DNA from: Propionibacteriaceae bacterium
GTDB taxonomy: Bacteria > Actinomycetota > Actinomycetes > Propionibacteriales > Propionibacteriaceae
Length of the DNA stretch: 64,000 nt
Assembly (NCBI GenBank): GCA_031267645.1
Contig: JAIRYW010000058.1
Coordinates: 1,106 to 65,105, forward strand
Direction: 5' to 3'
The notes under the pieces are model-generated. The model did no database searches and was not told the DNA's origin. It saw only the letters and a program-made list of their open reading frames with translations. The translations under genes and the position numbers were made by a program. Position 1 is the stretch's first letter; every line of letters begins with the position of its first letter. Positions 39,343 to 48,211 of this stretch are shown piece by piece.

Positions 39343-39658
39343 CGAACATGTGGTAATTGCTGTTCGAATTGTTCTCGATGGAATCTGGTCTTAACTCAAG
39401 AAGACTAAAAATGAACCAATCTCCGCCAGCTGGAATACCTAGTTCACTGAAAACCGTTTCATCACAGTTTTGACTGAAATATTTAGAAGTGCTGAGTTTG
39501 CCATCTATATAAAATCTCTCGATTAATCTGATTGTTAAAGGTATCAGCATCAGTATTTTAGCTAAGGGTGGAGTGCGCGGATTTTATTGTAAAACAGTAA
39601 GGTCACTGGACTGAGCGGCGGAATTCGGTGGAATTGGGCGCGAGCACGGAGATCCGCT

Positions 39659-40537
39659 TCATTCGTCTGTCACCGGAGTGAACTCGACCACCGGGTCGAA
39701 GTTGGCTCGGCGGACGGCCCGGCGCAGGATGACCAGGACGCCGGGGCCGAGGACGGCGATCAGGACGGTGTCGGTGATGGCTCGGCCGGTGTCCCAGACC
39801 GCCGTCGAACTGACCAGGGTGAAGACCAAGAAGCGACGTAGATTGTCCAACAGGGCGCCGCCGGGGACGTAGTCGAGGCCGGCTTGGCCGAAGCCGGAGA
39901 CGTAGGGCCAGAACCACAGGTTCATGACCAGGCCGAACAGGTAGGCCGCCACGATGCCGTAGGCGATCAGCCAAGCCATCTCCCGCCAGCCTCGGACCGG
40001 GCGGCCGAACATCCGCTCCGGCAGCAGGCCGGCCCCCAGACCGACCCAGGCCGAGGCCAGCATCTGGAAGGGCATCCAGGGCCCGACGCCGGCGGTCAGC
40101 AGGGCGGAGGCGAAGATCGAACTGCAGCCCAGGACGAAGCCGAAGCCGGGCCCGAAGACCCGCCCGGCCAAGATCATGAGGAAGAAGACGGTCTCGACGC
40201 CGTTCAGGCCGGCCCCCAAGGGCCGCAGGGCGGCGATGACGGCCGACAACACCCCCAGCATGGCCAAGGCCTTGGCGTCCATGCCCCGCTCGGTCAATTG
40301 GACCATCACCAGCAGGATCAGCAGGGGCAGGATGACGATGAAGATGAAGGGGGCGTCCCCGGCGTGTTGGACGGTCGCCGGCTGGGCCGGCCGGAAGAGG
40401 GGCCAGGCGAACATGGCCAGGCCGGCCAGGGAGACCAAGGTCAGCATGAGGGCGGACTTGGGCCCGACCGGGATGGGCCGGGCGGACCGGCCGGAGCGAC
40501 CGGAGCGGCCTCCGCCAAGGGGATCGGCGGTGCTCAT
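39659..40537 (-). CDS. ECF-transporter S-component-like polytopic membrane protein (CbrT-like by context)
   Basis: 292 aa with about 6-7 TM helices. ATGA overlap with the upstream ATPase gene. Last gene of a B12-riboswitch-controlled ECF operon. Confidence 0.7.
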   Translation of the reverse strand: MSTADPLGGGRSGRSGRSARPIPVGPKSALMLTLVSLAGLAMFAWPLFRPAQPATVQHAGDAPFIFIVILPLLILLVMVQLTERGMDAKALAMLGVLSAVIAALRPLGAGLNGVETVFFLMILAGRVFGPGFGFVLGCSSIFASALLTAGVGPWMPFQMLASAWVGLGAGLLPERMFGRPVRGWREMAWLIAYGIVAAYLFGLVMNLWFWPYVSGFGQAGLDYVPGGALLDNLRRFLVFTLVSSTAVWDTGRAITDTVLIAVLGPGVLVILRRAVRRANFDPVVEFTPVTDE

Positions 40538-42198
40538 ACGGCCTCCTGGGCGGTGGCGTCCCGGTGGACGGCGTCGGCTAATTGGGCCACGGTCAACCAG
40601 GGCTGGGGCGACATCACCTTGGCCACCTGGGAGGCGAAGATGGCCGAGGTGGTCAAGACGCTGGTGGCCGGGCCGGTCAGGATCGACTCGCCGGTCGCCA
40701 TCACCACCACCCGGTCGGCCACGGCGGCGGCGAACTCGGCGTCATGGGTGGCCACGCAGATGGCTCGGCCCTGGCCGGCTAATCCGGTCAGGACCGACCC
40801 CAAAGCGGCCTTGGCCGGGTAGTCCAGGCCCCGGGTGGGCTCGTCCAGCAGCAACACCGGGGGTTGAGAAGTCAATTGGACCGCCACCGCCAGGCAGAGC
40901 CGTTGCCCCTCGGACAGGTCGCGCGGGTTGAGGGCGGGGTCGACGCCGGGGGCCAAACGGTCCAGCAGCTCGGCGCAGGTCCCGGCCGGCCGCTGGCCGT
41001 GCTGGTCGGCGGCGGCGCACTCGGCCCGCACCGAGTCGAGGTAGAGCAGGTCGGCGGCGTTCTGCGGCACCAGCCGGATGGATCGGCGGACCGTCTCGGC
41101 CGGCGCGCCGGCCAAGTCCTGGCCGTCGACCGACCAGCGGCCGGCCCGGACCGGGCCGACGCCGCTGAGCGCCCACAGCAGACTCGACTTGCCCGATCCG
41201 TTGCGACCCATCAGGACCGTGATCTGACCGGCTGGCAGGTCGAAGTCGACCTGGCGCACGGCCACGGTCTGGCCGTAGACCACGGTCAGGCCGCGAGCGC
41301 TCAAACCGGAGTGGTCCGAATCCGGCGGCCGCGGCCGATCGGCGGTCGGGCCGTCGGGGGCGCGGGGGTGGCGAGCCGGGTCGGCCGCCGCCAGCCGCTG
41401 ACGCCAGGGGCCGGCCAGGCGGCGGGCCTGACGGATGGACAGGGGCGGAGGGGACCAGCCGGCCAGGCGGCCCAGCTCGACCACCGGCGGGGCGATCGGG
41501 GAGTCGGCCATGATCTCGGCCACCGATCCGGCTCTGACGGCGCCGCCGCCGCTCAACAGGACCATGCGGTCGGCGTACTCGGCCACCCGCTCCAAACGGT
41601 GCTCGGCGATCAGGCAGGTCACGCCGAGGTCGTGCACCAACCGCAGCAAGGCAGCCAGCACCTCCTCGGCCGAGGTCGGGTCGAGGGCGCTGGTGGGCTC
41701 GTCCAAGACCAGGACGCGGGCCCCGGCCGCCAACACCGAGCCGATGGCGACCCGTTGCTGCTGGCCGCCGGACAAGGTGCGCAGGGTGCGGCCGCGCAGG
41801 TCGGCGATGCCGAGCAGGTCCAAGGTCTCCTCCACCCGGGCCCGCATGACGGACGGGGCGACGCCCAGTTGCTCCATGCCGTAAGCCAGTTCCTCCTCGA
41901 CCGAGTCGGTCACGAAACCGGCCAGCGGGTCTTGGCCGACCACGCCGACCAGGTGGGCCAGATCCCGCGGCTGGTGTTGGCGGGTGTCCAACCCGGCCAC
42001 TTCGACCCGGCCGGCCAGACGGCCGCCGGTGAAGTGGGGCACGTGCCCGTTGACCGCCCCCAGCAGAGTCGACTTGCCCACCCCGGTGCGGCCCGCCACC
42101 AGGGCGAATTCACCTTCCGGCACCTCGAAGTCGACTCCGACCAGGGTCGGTCGGTCGGCTCCGCTGTGGGTGAAGGTGACCTGATTGAAACGAATCAT
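40534..42198 (-). CDS. Fused double ATPase of an ECF transporter (EcfA-EcfA')
   Basis: ORF 40534..43617 trimmed to the ATG at 42198 (MIRFNQVTF...). Two Walker A motifs (GRTGVGKST, GRNGSGKSS), two signature motifs (LSGGQQQR, LSEGQR) and two Walker B motifs (LVLDEPTSALD, LLLDEPTRGLD). Confidence 0.9.
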   Translation of the reverse strand: MIRFNQVTFTHSGADRPTLVGVDFEVPEGEFALVAGRTGVGKSTLLGAVNGHVPHFTGGRLAGRVEVAGLDTRQHQPRDLAHLVGVVGQDPLAGFVTDSVEEELAYGMEQLGVAPSVMRARVEETLDLLGIADLRGRTLRTLSGGQQQRVAIGSVLAAGARVLVLDEPTSALDPTSAEEVLAALLRLVHDLGVTCLIAEHRLERVAEYADRMVLLSGGGAVRAGSVAEIMADSPIAPPVVELGRLAGWSPPPLSIRQARRLAGPWRQRLAAADPARHPRAPDGPTADRPRPPDSDHSGLSARGLTVVYGQTVAVRQVDFDLPAGQITVLMGRNGSGKSSLLWALSGVGPVRAGRWSVDGQDLAGAPAETVRRSIRLVPQNAADLLYLDSVRAECAAADQHGQRPAGTCAELLDRLAPGVDPALNPRDLSEGQRLCLAVAVQLTSQPPVLLLDEPTRGLDYPAKAALGSVLTGLAGQGRAICVATHDAEFAAAVADRVVVMATGESILTGPATSVLTTSAIFASQVAKVMSPQPWLTVAQLADAVHRDATAQEAV

Positions 42199-43556
42199 GC
42201 TTCCTCGGCTTCTGGAGCGGGCGGGGCGGGGTCGGTGGCGGCGGGGTCCGGTCGGGGACGGCACGGCGGGGTGGCCCTGGAATCGGCTGGGCCGGCTGGC
42301 GGCGAAGCGGCTTCGGAGCTGGTCGGGTCGGCTGACGGTGGGGTGGCTTGGGAGATGGTCGGGTCGGTGGGCGCCGGGACGGCCTTGGGGCTGGTCGAGT
42401 CGGCTGGCGGCGGGGAAGGCTTGGAACCGGCCGAGTCGGGCGGCGGTGGGGTGGCCCAAGCCGGCAGGACGGCCACCAGCAGGCCGATCAGTCCGGGAAC
42501 GGTCAAACCGGGCCAGACCAGGGGCGAGACGGACGGGTAGGCCAAGGTCGGGTCGGCGCTGGACAGCCAGCTCAAGACCACGGCCGGGACCAGGCCGCAG
42601 ACCACCGCCACGGCTTCCGCCGCCCGCCAGCGGTCGGGCCGGTAACGGGTGCGCCGGGCCCGCCAGCCGGCCAGGCGGAAGGCCGTCCCGGCCACCACCG
42701 CGCTGGTTCCCAGAGCGACGGCGCCCAGCCAACCGGGGGTGGCGCCGCTGGTGTCGAGGGCGGCGTAAGCCCCCACGCACATCCCGCCGGCCGCCAGCAA
42801 CAGCAGGACCGAGGTCAGATGGCGGGCGCCGGCCGCCACCTCGCCCCGCCGACCGTAGCCGCGCGAGTCCATGGCCGCGGCCAGGTCGAGCGAACGGTCC
42901 AACGAGTCGGCCAGCACCGGCATCATGACCTGGCGTAAGAAATGGCGCCGGCCCTGGCCGGAGCGCAGCCGGCGGGCCCGGGCCACCCGCTGGACCGACT
43001 CGGCCAGTTGGGGGAAGACGGACAGGGCCACCACCAGGACGGCGCCGAACTCGTACAACGCCCCCGGCACCGCCGCCAGCAGGCGCTTGGGGTTGGCCAG
43101 GGCGTTGGCCGCCCCGACGCAGATCACCATGGCTCCCAGCTGACAGCCGCCGTACAGGCCGCTCAGCAAGGCTTCGGCCGAGACCGGGCCGAACAAGGTG
43201 ATGGCGAAAGGCTCGGGCAGCTGGATCCGGGGCAGGCCGATCAAGATGGTCGTGCCGTCGGCCCCGAACAGGATCCGGAAGCCGACCCGGACCAAGACGA
43301 TGAAGCCGGCCAAACCGAGGTAGAGCCGAAAGGCCATGGCCCAGGGGGCTTCGGTCCGGCGCCAGGCCACCACCACTGAGACGGCCGCCACCAGCAGGGC
43401 CAAGATCAGCGGGTTGGTGGTGCGAGAGGCCGCCACGGCGCAACCCAAGGCCCACAGCCACCAGGCCCCGGGGTGGAGGGCGCGGGGCAGAGAGTGCGAC
43501 CAGGGCCGGGTCCGGACCGACGCCACCGGGCCGGTGGGAACGGTGGCGGTGGACAT
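42195..43556 (-). CDS. ECF transporter T component (EcfT/CbiQ family) with a ~100-aa Pro/Ala/Ser-rich C-terminal tail
   Basis: ORF 42195..43625; start taken at the ATG at 43556. Polytopic, with the RAxxxRG-type coupling region (RVARARRLRSGQGRR...AAAMDSRGYG). Tail: PPPPDSAGSKPSPPPADSTSPKAVPAPTDP... Confidence 0.8.
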   Translation of the reverse strand: MSTATVPTGPVASVRTRPWSHSLPRALHPGAWWLWALGCAVAASRTTNPLILALLVAAVSVVVAWRRTEAPWAMAFRLYLGLAGFIVLVRVGFRILFGADGTTILIGLPRIQLPEPFAITLFGPVSAEALLSGLYGGCQLGAMVICVGAANALANPKRLLAAVPGALYEFGAVLVVALSVFPQLAESVQRVARARRLRSGQGRRHFLRQVMMPVLADSLDRSLDLAAAMDSRGYGRRGEVAAGARHLTSVLLLLAAGGMCVGAYAALDTSGATPGWLGAVALGTSAVVAGTAFRLAGWRARRTRYRPDRWRAAEAVAVVCGLVPAVVLSWLSSADPTLAYPSVSPLVWPGLTVPGLIGLLVAVLPAWATPPPPDSAGSKPSPPPADSTSPKAVPAPTDPTISQATPPSADPTSSEAASPPAGPADSRATPPCRPRPDPAATDPAPPAPEAEEA

Positions 43557-43659
43557 GGACACTGGCGTGCCTCTCGGATGAGCGATCCTCAGGCCCGCCG
43601 CTCGGCATGGTCGACATGCCTTCACCGCGCCCCGTAGACCTCGACGGATGGGAGCCGCT

Positions 43660-43795
43660 CGTTTCGATGGGTGTTCGGACTCACCGTCTGCAAGGCCTGG
43701 GGCCGGGACGGTCTACCGTTGCGGGTCAGTGCCGGGTTCGGACCGGCTTTCCCCAGCGAGAGCTGATTCAGTTGTGGGGCACATTCTGCCATGGT
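43660..43795 (-). ncRNA. Cobalamin (B12) riboswitch, leader of the ECF operon
   Basis: The minus strand reads GCUGGGGAAAGCCGGUCCGAACCCGGCACUGACCCGCAACGGUAGACCGUC...GACGGUGAGUCCGAACACCC. That gives GGGAA, the CCGG/CCGG hairpin, GAC-CCGC-AAC-GGU, an ACCGUC/GACGGU stem and a B12-box-like GAGUCCGAACACC. The 5' and 3' limits are approximate. Confidence 0.8.
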
Positions 43796-44807
43796 CCGGG
43801 CCGGCCCGGCGTCGGGGCAGCCGGCGTAACGACCAGCCGGCCCGCCAACGCTTCCCCGGGGCCAACCAGACCAAGTCGCGGCCGGAGTTGAGGGCGTCCG
43901 GCGGGGCGGTCATGGGTTCGACCGCCACCGCCGGGACCGGCTGGCCGGAGCGCGGGAAGTCGGGCCAGGTGTAGACCTGGACCCAACGGAAGGCCAGGTC
44001 GGCGCTCAACTCCAGACCGTCTTGGTCCGGGCCCAGCAGCCGGTGGCGGAAGCGGCCCCGTTCGGGGCGCAGCCCGCCGAAACAGTGATTGAGGCTGGTC
44101 CCGGCCAGGGGCAGGCCGGCCGGGTCCGGGCCGGATTCGGCCACGGCGTGCTGTCCGACCGGCAGCAGACGGTCGTCGAAATCCAGCGCCAGATCGGCTG
44201 AGACGTCCAAGGTCAGCTGGTCGGCCGTCAACCGGCCCAGCCGGAGGTAGGGGTGGAAGCCCAGGGCGACCGGGGCGGGCTCAGTCCCCAGATTGACCGT
44301 CTCGGCCCCGACGGCCAGGCCGTCCGCGATCACCTGGTAGGTCAAGCTGAGGGCGACCGTGAAGGGGTAGCCCGGCGGACGGTCCAGCCGGACGCCCAAG
44401 ACCAGCCGGTCGTCCCGCTGGCGACGGCCGGGCCTTGGCCGGCTCCCGTCCCCGTGGTCCCAGCGTCGACCGGGCGACCGGCCGCCGCGGTCGGAGTCCG
44501 ACCGTCCCGGGGACGGGTCCAGTCGGTCGAAGGATCGCCGCCAGACCAAGCCGTGCAAAGCGGTCCGCCGCTCCGGCTCGTCGACCGGCAGCTGGTGTTC
44601 GAGGCCGCCGCCGGACCAGCGGCCGTCCCGCACCCGGTTGGGCCAAGGGAAGAGGGTGGCCCCGGCCGCGCCCGGCGCCGCTTGACCGACGGGGTAAGTC
44701 TCGACCAAGTCCTGGCCCCGCACCACCAGCCGGCGCAGGCTGGCCCCGCGAGGGTCGATGAAGGCCCGCACCCGGCCGTTCCGGCCCACGATCATGAAAT
44801 CGGGCAC
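43713..44807 (-). CDS. Aldose 1-epimerase (galactose mutarotase-like) family
   Basis: LFPWPNRV, GYPF, GFHPYL and VAVEPMTAPPDALNSG family blocks. It has an Arg/Gly/Asp-rich internal insert and a ~35-aa C-terminal tail that reads into the riboswitch. Confidence 0.8.
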   Translation of the reverse strand: MPDFMIVGRNGRVRAFIDPRGASLRRLVVRGQDLVETYPVGQAAPGAAGATLFPWPNRVRDGRWSGGGLEHQLPVDEPERRTALHGLVWRRSFDRLDPSPGRSDSDRGGRSPGRRWDHGDGSRPRPGRRQRDDRLVLGVRLDRPPGYPFTVALSLTYQVIADGLAVGAETVNLGTEPAPVALGFHPYLRLGRLTADQLTLDVSADLALDFDDRLLPVGQHAVAESGPDPAGLPLAGTSLNHCFGGLRPERGRFRHRLLGPDQDGLELSADLAFRWVQVYTWPDFPRSGQPVPAVAVEPMTAPPDALNSGRDLVWLAPGKRWRAGWSLRRLPRRRAGPDHGRMCPTTESALAGESRSEPGTDPQR

Positions 44808-44816
44808 GGCGGTCGG

Positions 44817-46988
44817 TCAGGCCGGATCGAGGGCGATGAAATAGGCCGATTCCGGGTACGGGGCCGGTCGCTGGAGACCGGGACCCATCAGGACGGCTCC
44901 GGGCAGGACCGGTCGACGGCGGGCCCAATCCGGCGTCGGCTCCCGCTCGGGTAGGACCCCGTCCGGCGCGATCAGCGAGACCCGGTAGCGGGCCTCGGGG
45001 TCGAGCCCGGCCAGGCTAAGAGGCGGCGGCGGCCAGGTCAGGGGGCGGGCCAGCAGGCTGACCGAGAAGAGGGCCCGGGTCTGGTCGGGCGAGACCACGC
45101 CGTGGACCAGCCAGGCCGGCTCGGGTTGATCGCAGTTGACCACCGTGCCGCTGTGGAGCAGGTCGCGGTGGGTCTTGTGGAAGTCGATCCACCAAGCCAG
45201 GCGGGCCGCCTCGGCCGGGTCGGTCCGGGTCAGGTCGAGTTCGACTCCGAAGTGGCCCCAGACCATGGTGGCGGCCCGGAAATCCAAGGAGTGGACCCGG
45301 CCGGTGGTGTGGGACGGCGTCGGGCCGACGTGGGCGCCGATGAACTCCGGCGGCAGCAACAAACTGGTGTGGAGGTCGATCAGGGCCCTTTCCAAGGGGT
45401 CGTTGCAGTCCGAGCCCCAGAAACGGTCGACCAACGGCAGGACGCCGAGGTCGACGCGCCCGCCGCCGCTGGCGCAGGACTCGATCTCCAAGCCGGGGTG
45501 GCGGCGCTTCAATTCGGCCAACATCTCGTGCCAGGCCGCCACCTGCCGGTGGGTGACCGGCCGCCCGTCCGAGCTGTGGCCGGCCTCGACCAAGGGTCGG
45601 TTGTGGTCCCATTTGAGGAAGGCGATGTCGTGCTGGTGGAGCAGGGCGTCCAACCGGCCCAAGACGTGCTGGTAGGCCTCGGGCCAGGTCAGGTCGAGGC
45701 CGTATTGGTGCCGGGTCGGGTAGGACAGCCGGCCCGAGGTCCGCATCAGCCAGTCCGGGTGGCGGCGGGCCAGGTCGGAGTCGAGGTTGACCATCTCGGG
45801 CTCCACCCACAAGCCGAAATCCAGGCCCAAGGAGCGGACGTGGCGGATCAGGGGCCCCAGGCCCTGGGGCCAGGCCTGTTCGGACACCGTCCAATCGCCC
45901 AGTCCGTGGCGGTCGTCGCGACGGGCCCCGAACCAGCCGTCGTCCAACACGAAACGTTCCACGCCGAGGGCGGCGGCCCGCTCGGCCAGGGCCATCAGTT
46001 TGGCCTGGTCGTGTTGGAAGTAGACCGCCTCCCAGGTGTTGAGCACGACCGGCCGGGGGCGGCGGGGGCCGGCTTGGCGGCGGATGAACTGGTGGAAGCG
46101 CCCGGACATCTGGTCCAGCCCCTGGCCGACCGATCCGTACAGCCAGGGGCTGGTGTACGACTGCCCGGGGGCCAAGACGATCTCGTCCGGACCCAGCAGC
46201 TCTCCGCCGCCCAGCACCCGTCCGCCGTTGGGAGTGGCCTCGGCGTACAGCTCCTGGTTGCCGCTGTGGCCCAGGTGGACGGCCCAAACCCGGCCCTGAC
46301 GGTACGAGAAACGCTCTTGGCCGGCTATCAAGAGTAGGGGCGCGCCCAGTCCGGGGCGGCCCAAGCGGGACTCACGAGAGTGGCAGCCGACGCTGAAGGG
46401 CAGACGTTGAGGGATCCGTTCCTTGGCCCAACGCCCGGTCAAGTCCATCAATTCGGTGGCCTGGGCTGGGACCGGCCAGGCCAAACGGACGGCGTCGACC
46501 CGCCAGGGGCGGTCTGTGGCCGAGCCGGGCCGGGTCGGTCCGTCGTTGGTCAGCTGGGCCCTGGCCCGGAGCAGGCCGCTGGGGGTCAACTCCAAATCGA
46601 TCCGGACCGAGAGCCCGGCCGCCGGGTCGCTGGCCCAGGCCTGGAGCGAGGCCGAGTCGCTGGTCTGGTCGACCTGGCAGGCGGTGGTGCGGAAGGCTGG
46701 CGACCAATCGTCGCCCTGACGCGACCCGCTCACCCCGGGGCGTCCCAGCCAACCCCGTTCGAAGGCTGGCAGCAAACTGAGGTCTTGCACGACGTCGTTC
46801 AGCCCGTCGGTCACCGGTGTGCCCAAAACGTCGCGCAAATCACGTAATTCAGATTGCTCCAGCGGTCCCAGGTCGAGGTCCCAGCACAGGATCTGGGGCA
46901 GCGAACGGCCGTCACGGCCCAGACTGACGATCAGGCTGACCCCGCCTCGTCTGAGGTGGACCAGTTCGAGCGCTGCTGGCTCCGACAT
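44817..46988 (-). CDS. Alpha-galactosidase, GH36
   Basis: ORF 44817..47225 trimmed to the ATG at 46988 (aggagcc RBS). FVLDDGWFGARRDD..GLGDW, KWDHNR and ESCASGGGR blocks. Confidence 0.9.
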   Translation of the reverse strand: MSEPAALELVHLRRGGVSLIVSLGRDGRSLPQILCWDLDLGPLEQSELRDLRDVLGTPVTDGLNDVVQDLSLLPAFERGWLGRPGVSGSRQGDDWSPAFRTTACQVDQTSDSASLQAWASDPAAGLSVRIDLELTPSGLLRARAQLTNDGPTRPGSATDRPWRVDAVRLAWPVPAQATELMDLTGRWAKERIPQRLPFSVGCHSRESRLGRPGLGAPLLLIAGQERFSYRQGRVWAVHLGHSGNQELYAEATPNGGRVLGGGELLGPDEIVLAPGQSYTSPWLYGSVGQGLDQMSGRFHQFIRRQAGPRRPRPVVLNTWEAVYFQHDQAKLMALAERAAALGVERFVLDDGWFGARRDDRHGLGDWTVSEQAWPQGLGPLIRHVRSLGLDFGLWVEPEMVNLDSDLARRHPDWLMRTSGRLSYPTRHQYGLDLTWPEAYQHVLGRLDALLHQHDIAFLKWDHNRPLVEAGHSSDGRPVTHRQVAAWHEMLAELKRRHPGLEIESCASGGGRVDLGVLPLVDRFWGSDCNDPLERALIDLHTSLLLPPEFIGAHVGPTPSHTTGRVHSLDFRAATMVWGHFGVELDLTRTDPAEAARLAWWIDFHKTHRDLLHSGTVVNCDQPEPAWLVHGVVSPDQTRALFSVSLLARPLTWPPPPLSLAGLDPEARYRVSLIAPDGVLPEREPTPDWARRRPVLPGAVLMGPGLQRPAPYPESAYFIALDPA

Positions 46989-47032
46989 GTCATTGGCTCC
47001 TGATCTTCCCAAGTCGACTGATTCCCGCTCCC

Positions 47033-48208
47033 TCAGTCCAGCCGGGGCGCGGCCTCGACCACCGTCAGACGGACGCCGTGGGGCGGCGCCTGGCCCAGGA
47101 CCAGTCGTTCCGGCGGTCCGATCTCGCGGCCGGGCAGGACCAGTCGGTCGGGCAGTGGACGGGGGCGGTCGGCCAGGTTGACGACGGCTTGGTGCGTGCT
47201 GCCGTCCGAGCCGGTCCGCCGCCACACCTCCCAGCCGTCGGGTTCGGCCTGGAAGGTTGCCACCGGCGCGTCGGACCGGTTCAAAGCCAGGATGTCGCGG
47301 TCCAGCAGCAGGGCGGCGATCGCGGGGTCTTGGCGGCGGATGTCATGGCTGGTCAGCAGGGGGCTGGCGGTCAGGGCGGCCAAGACCAGGTGGGTCCAGG
47401 ACTCGTCCAGACTCAAGCCGGGCCGGCCCACCTCCAGCATGTCGGGGTCGTTCCAACCGGTCTGGGGTCCGCAGACATCGCGCCAGGGCGGGCTGGCCTG
47501 ACGGTGGGCCGCCTCCCAGACGGCCTCCCAGCGCGGCGGCAGGTCCTCGCCGGTGCGCCAGAGATGGGCTAGCCGGGGGGCCCAGGCGACCTCCCGTTCG
47601 TGGCCCCAAGTGCTGGCGGACAGCACGATGGGCCGGCCGGTGGCCTGGATGGCCTGGTTCCAGGTGGCGAAGACCTCCTCGGCCCGGCCCCGGTTGCCGG
47701 CCTCGTCCACTCCGCACCAGTCGATCTTGAGGAAGTCCACCCCCCACTCGGCGAAGGTCCAGGCGTCGACCACTTCCCGTCCCAGGCTGCCGGTGAGCGG
47801 GAAACCGTCCGGCCCCGAGCCCTCCTCGCCGCCGCAGGCCAGCTGATTGGCGATGGTGTAGAGACCGAATCTCAAGCCCAGCTCGTGCAGACGGCGGCCC
47901 AGCGCCGCCATGCCGTCGGGGAAACGCCGGGGGTCGGCTCTCAGAATTCCGGCGGCGTCACGCGGCCGGCGCGGATCCTGCCAGCGGTCGTCCAGGTTGA
48001 GATAGACGTAACCAGCTTGGAGCAGCCCGCTGGAGACCATCGCCTCGGCCGTCTGGACGATGACGCGCTGGTCCAAACCGACTCCGCCGGGCAGATCCGG
48101 GTCGACGTCGTCGGGCATGGGGTAGACCCCGCCGAAGCTGTTGTACGAGTTCCAGCCCGCCGGCGGGCAGGGGGCCAAGGCATTGTCGGGATCGTAGGTC
48201 GTGGCCAT
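47033..48208 (-). CDS. Alpha-galactosidase, GH27 (melibiase-like)
   Basis: PPAGWNSYNSF (compare GWNSWN), YLNLDDRW and DFLKIDWCG blocks. Confidence 0.85.
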   Translation of the reverse strand: MATTYDPDNALAPCPPAGWNSYNSFGGVYPMPDDVDPDLPGGVGLDQRVIVQTAEAMVSSGLLQAGYVYLNLDDRWQDPRRPRDAAGILRADPRRFPDGMAALGRRLHELGLRFGLYTIANQLACGGEEGSGPDGFPLTGSLGREVVDAWTFAEWGVDFLKIDWCGVDEAGNRGRAEEVFATWNQAIQATGRPIVLSASTWGHEREVAWAPRLAHLWRTGEDLPPRWEAVWEAAHRQASPPWRDVCGPQTGWNDPDMLEVGRPGLSLDESWTHLVLAALTASPLLTSHDIRRQDPAIAALLLDRDILALNRSDAPVATFQAEPDGWEVWRRTGSDGSTHQAVVNLADRPRPLPDRLVLPGREIGPPERLVLGQAPPHGVRLTVVEAAPRLD

Positions 48209-48211
48209 GTC

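Noticed and set aside
39308-39550. 80-aa ORF in the AT-rich block (MLIPLTIRLIERFYIDGK...).
   Set aside because: No RBS, no recognisable domain, and bounded by stops. It may be a fragment of a decayed foreign gene and is mentioned only within a finding.
40534-43617. The 1,027-aa ORF, and likewise the 1,496-aa ORF 51418..55908, taken at face value as single giant genes.
   Set aside because: The N-terminal parts are out-of-frame read-through of the EcfT gene, or antisense to the AraC gene. Recognisable protein begins at internal ATGs (42198 and 52390) that have RBS or ATGA coupling.
43557-43700. TPP (THI-box) riboswitch, by analogy with the ykoEDC-type ECF operons that also have a fused double ATPase.
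   Set aside because: There is no CUGAGA or ACCUGAUCUGGxUAAUACC-type element. The leader instead matches the cobalamin core (GGGAA...CCGG hairpin...GACCCGCAACGGU...B12 box).
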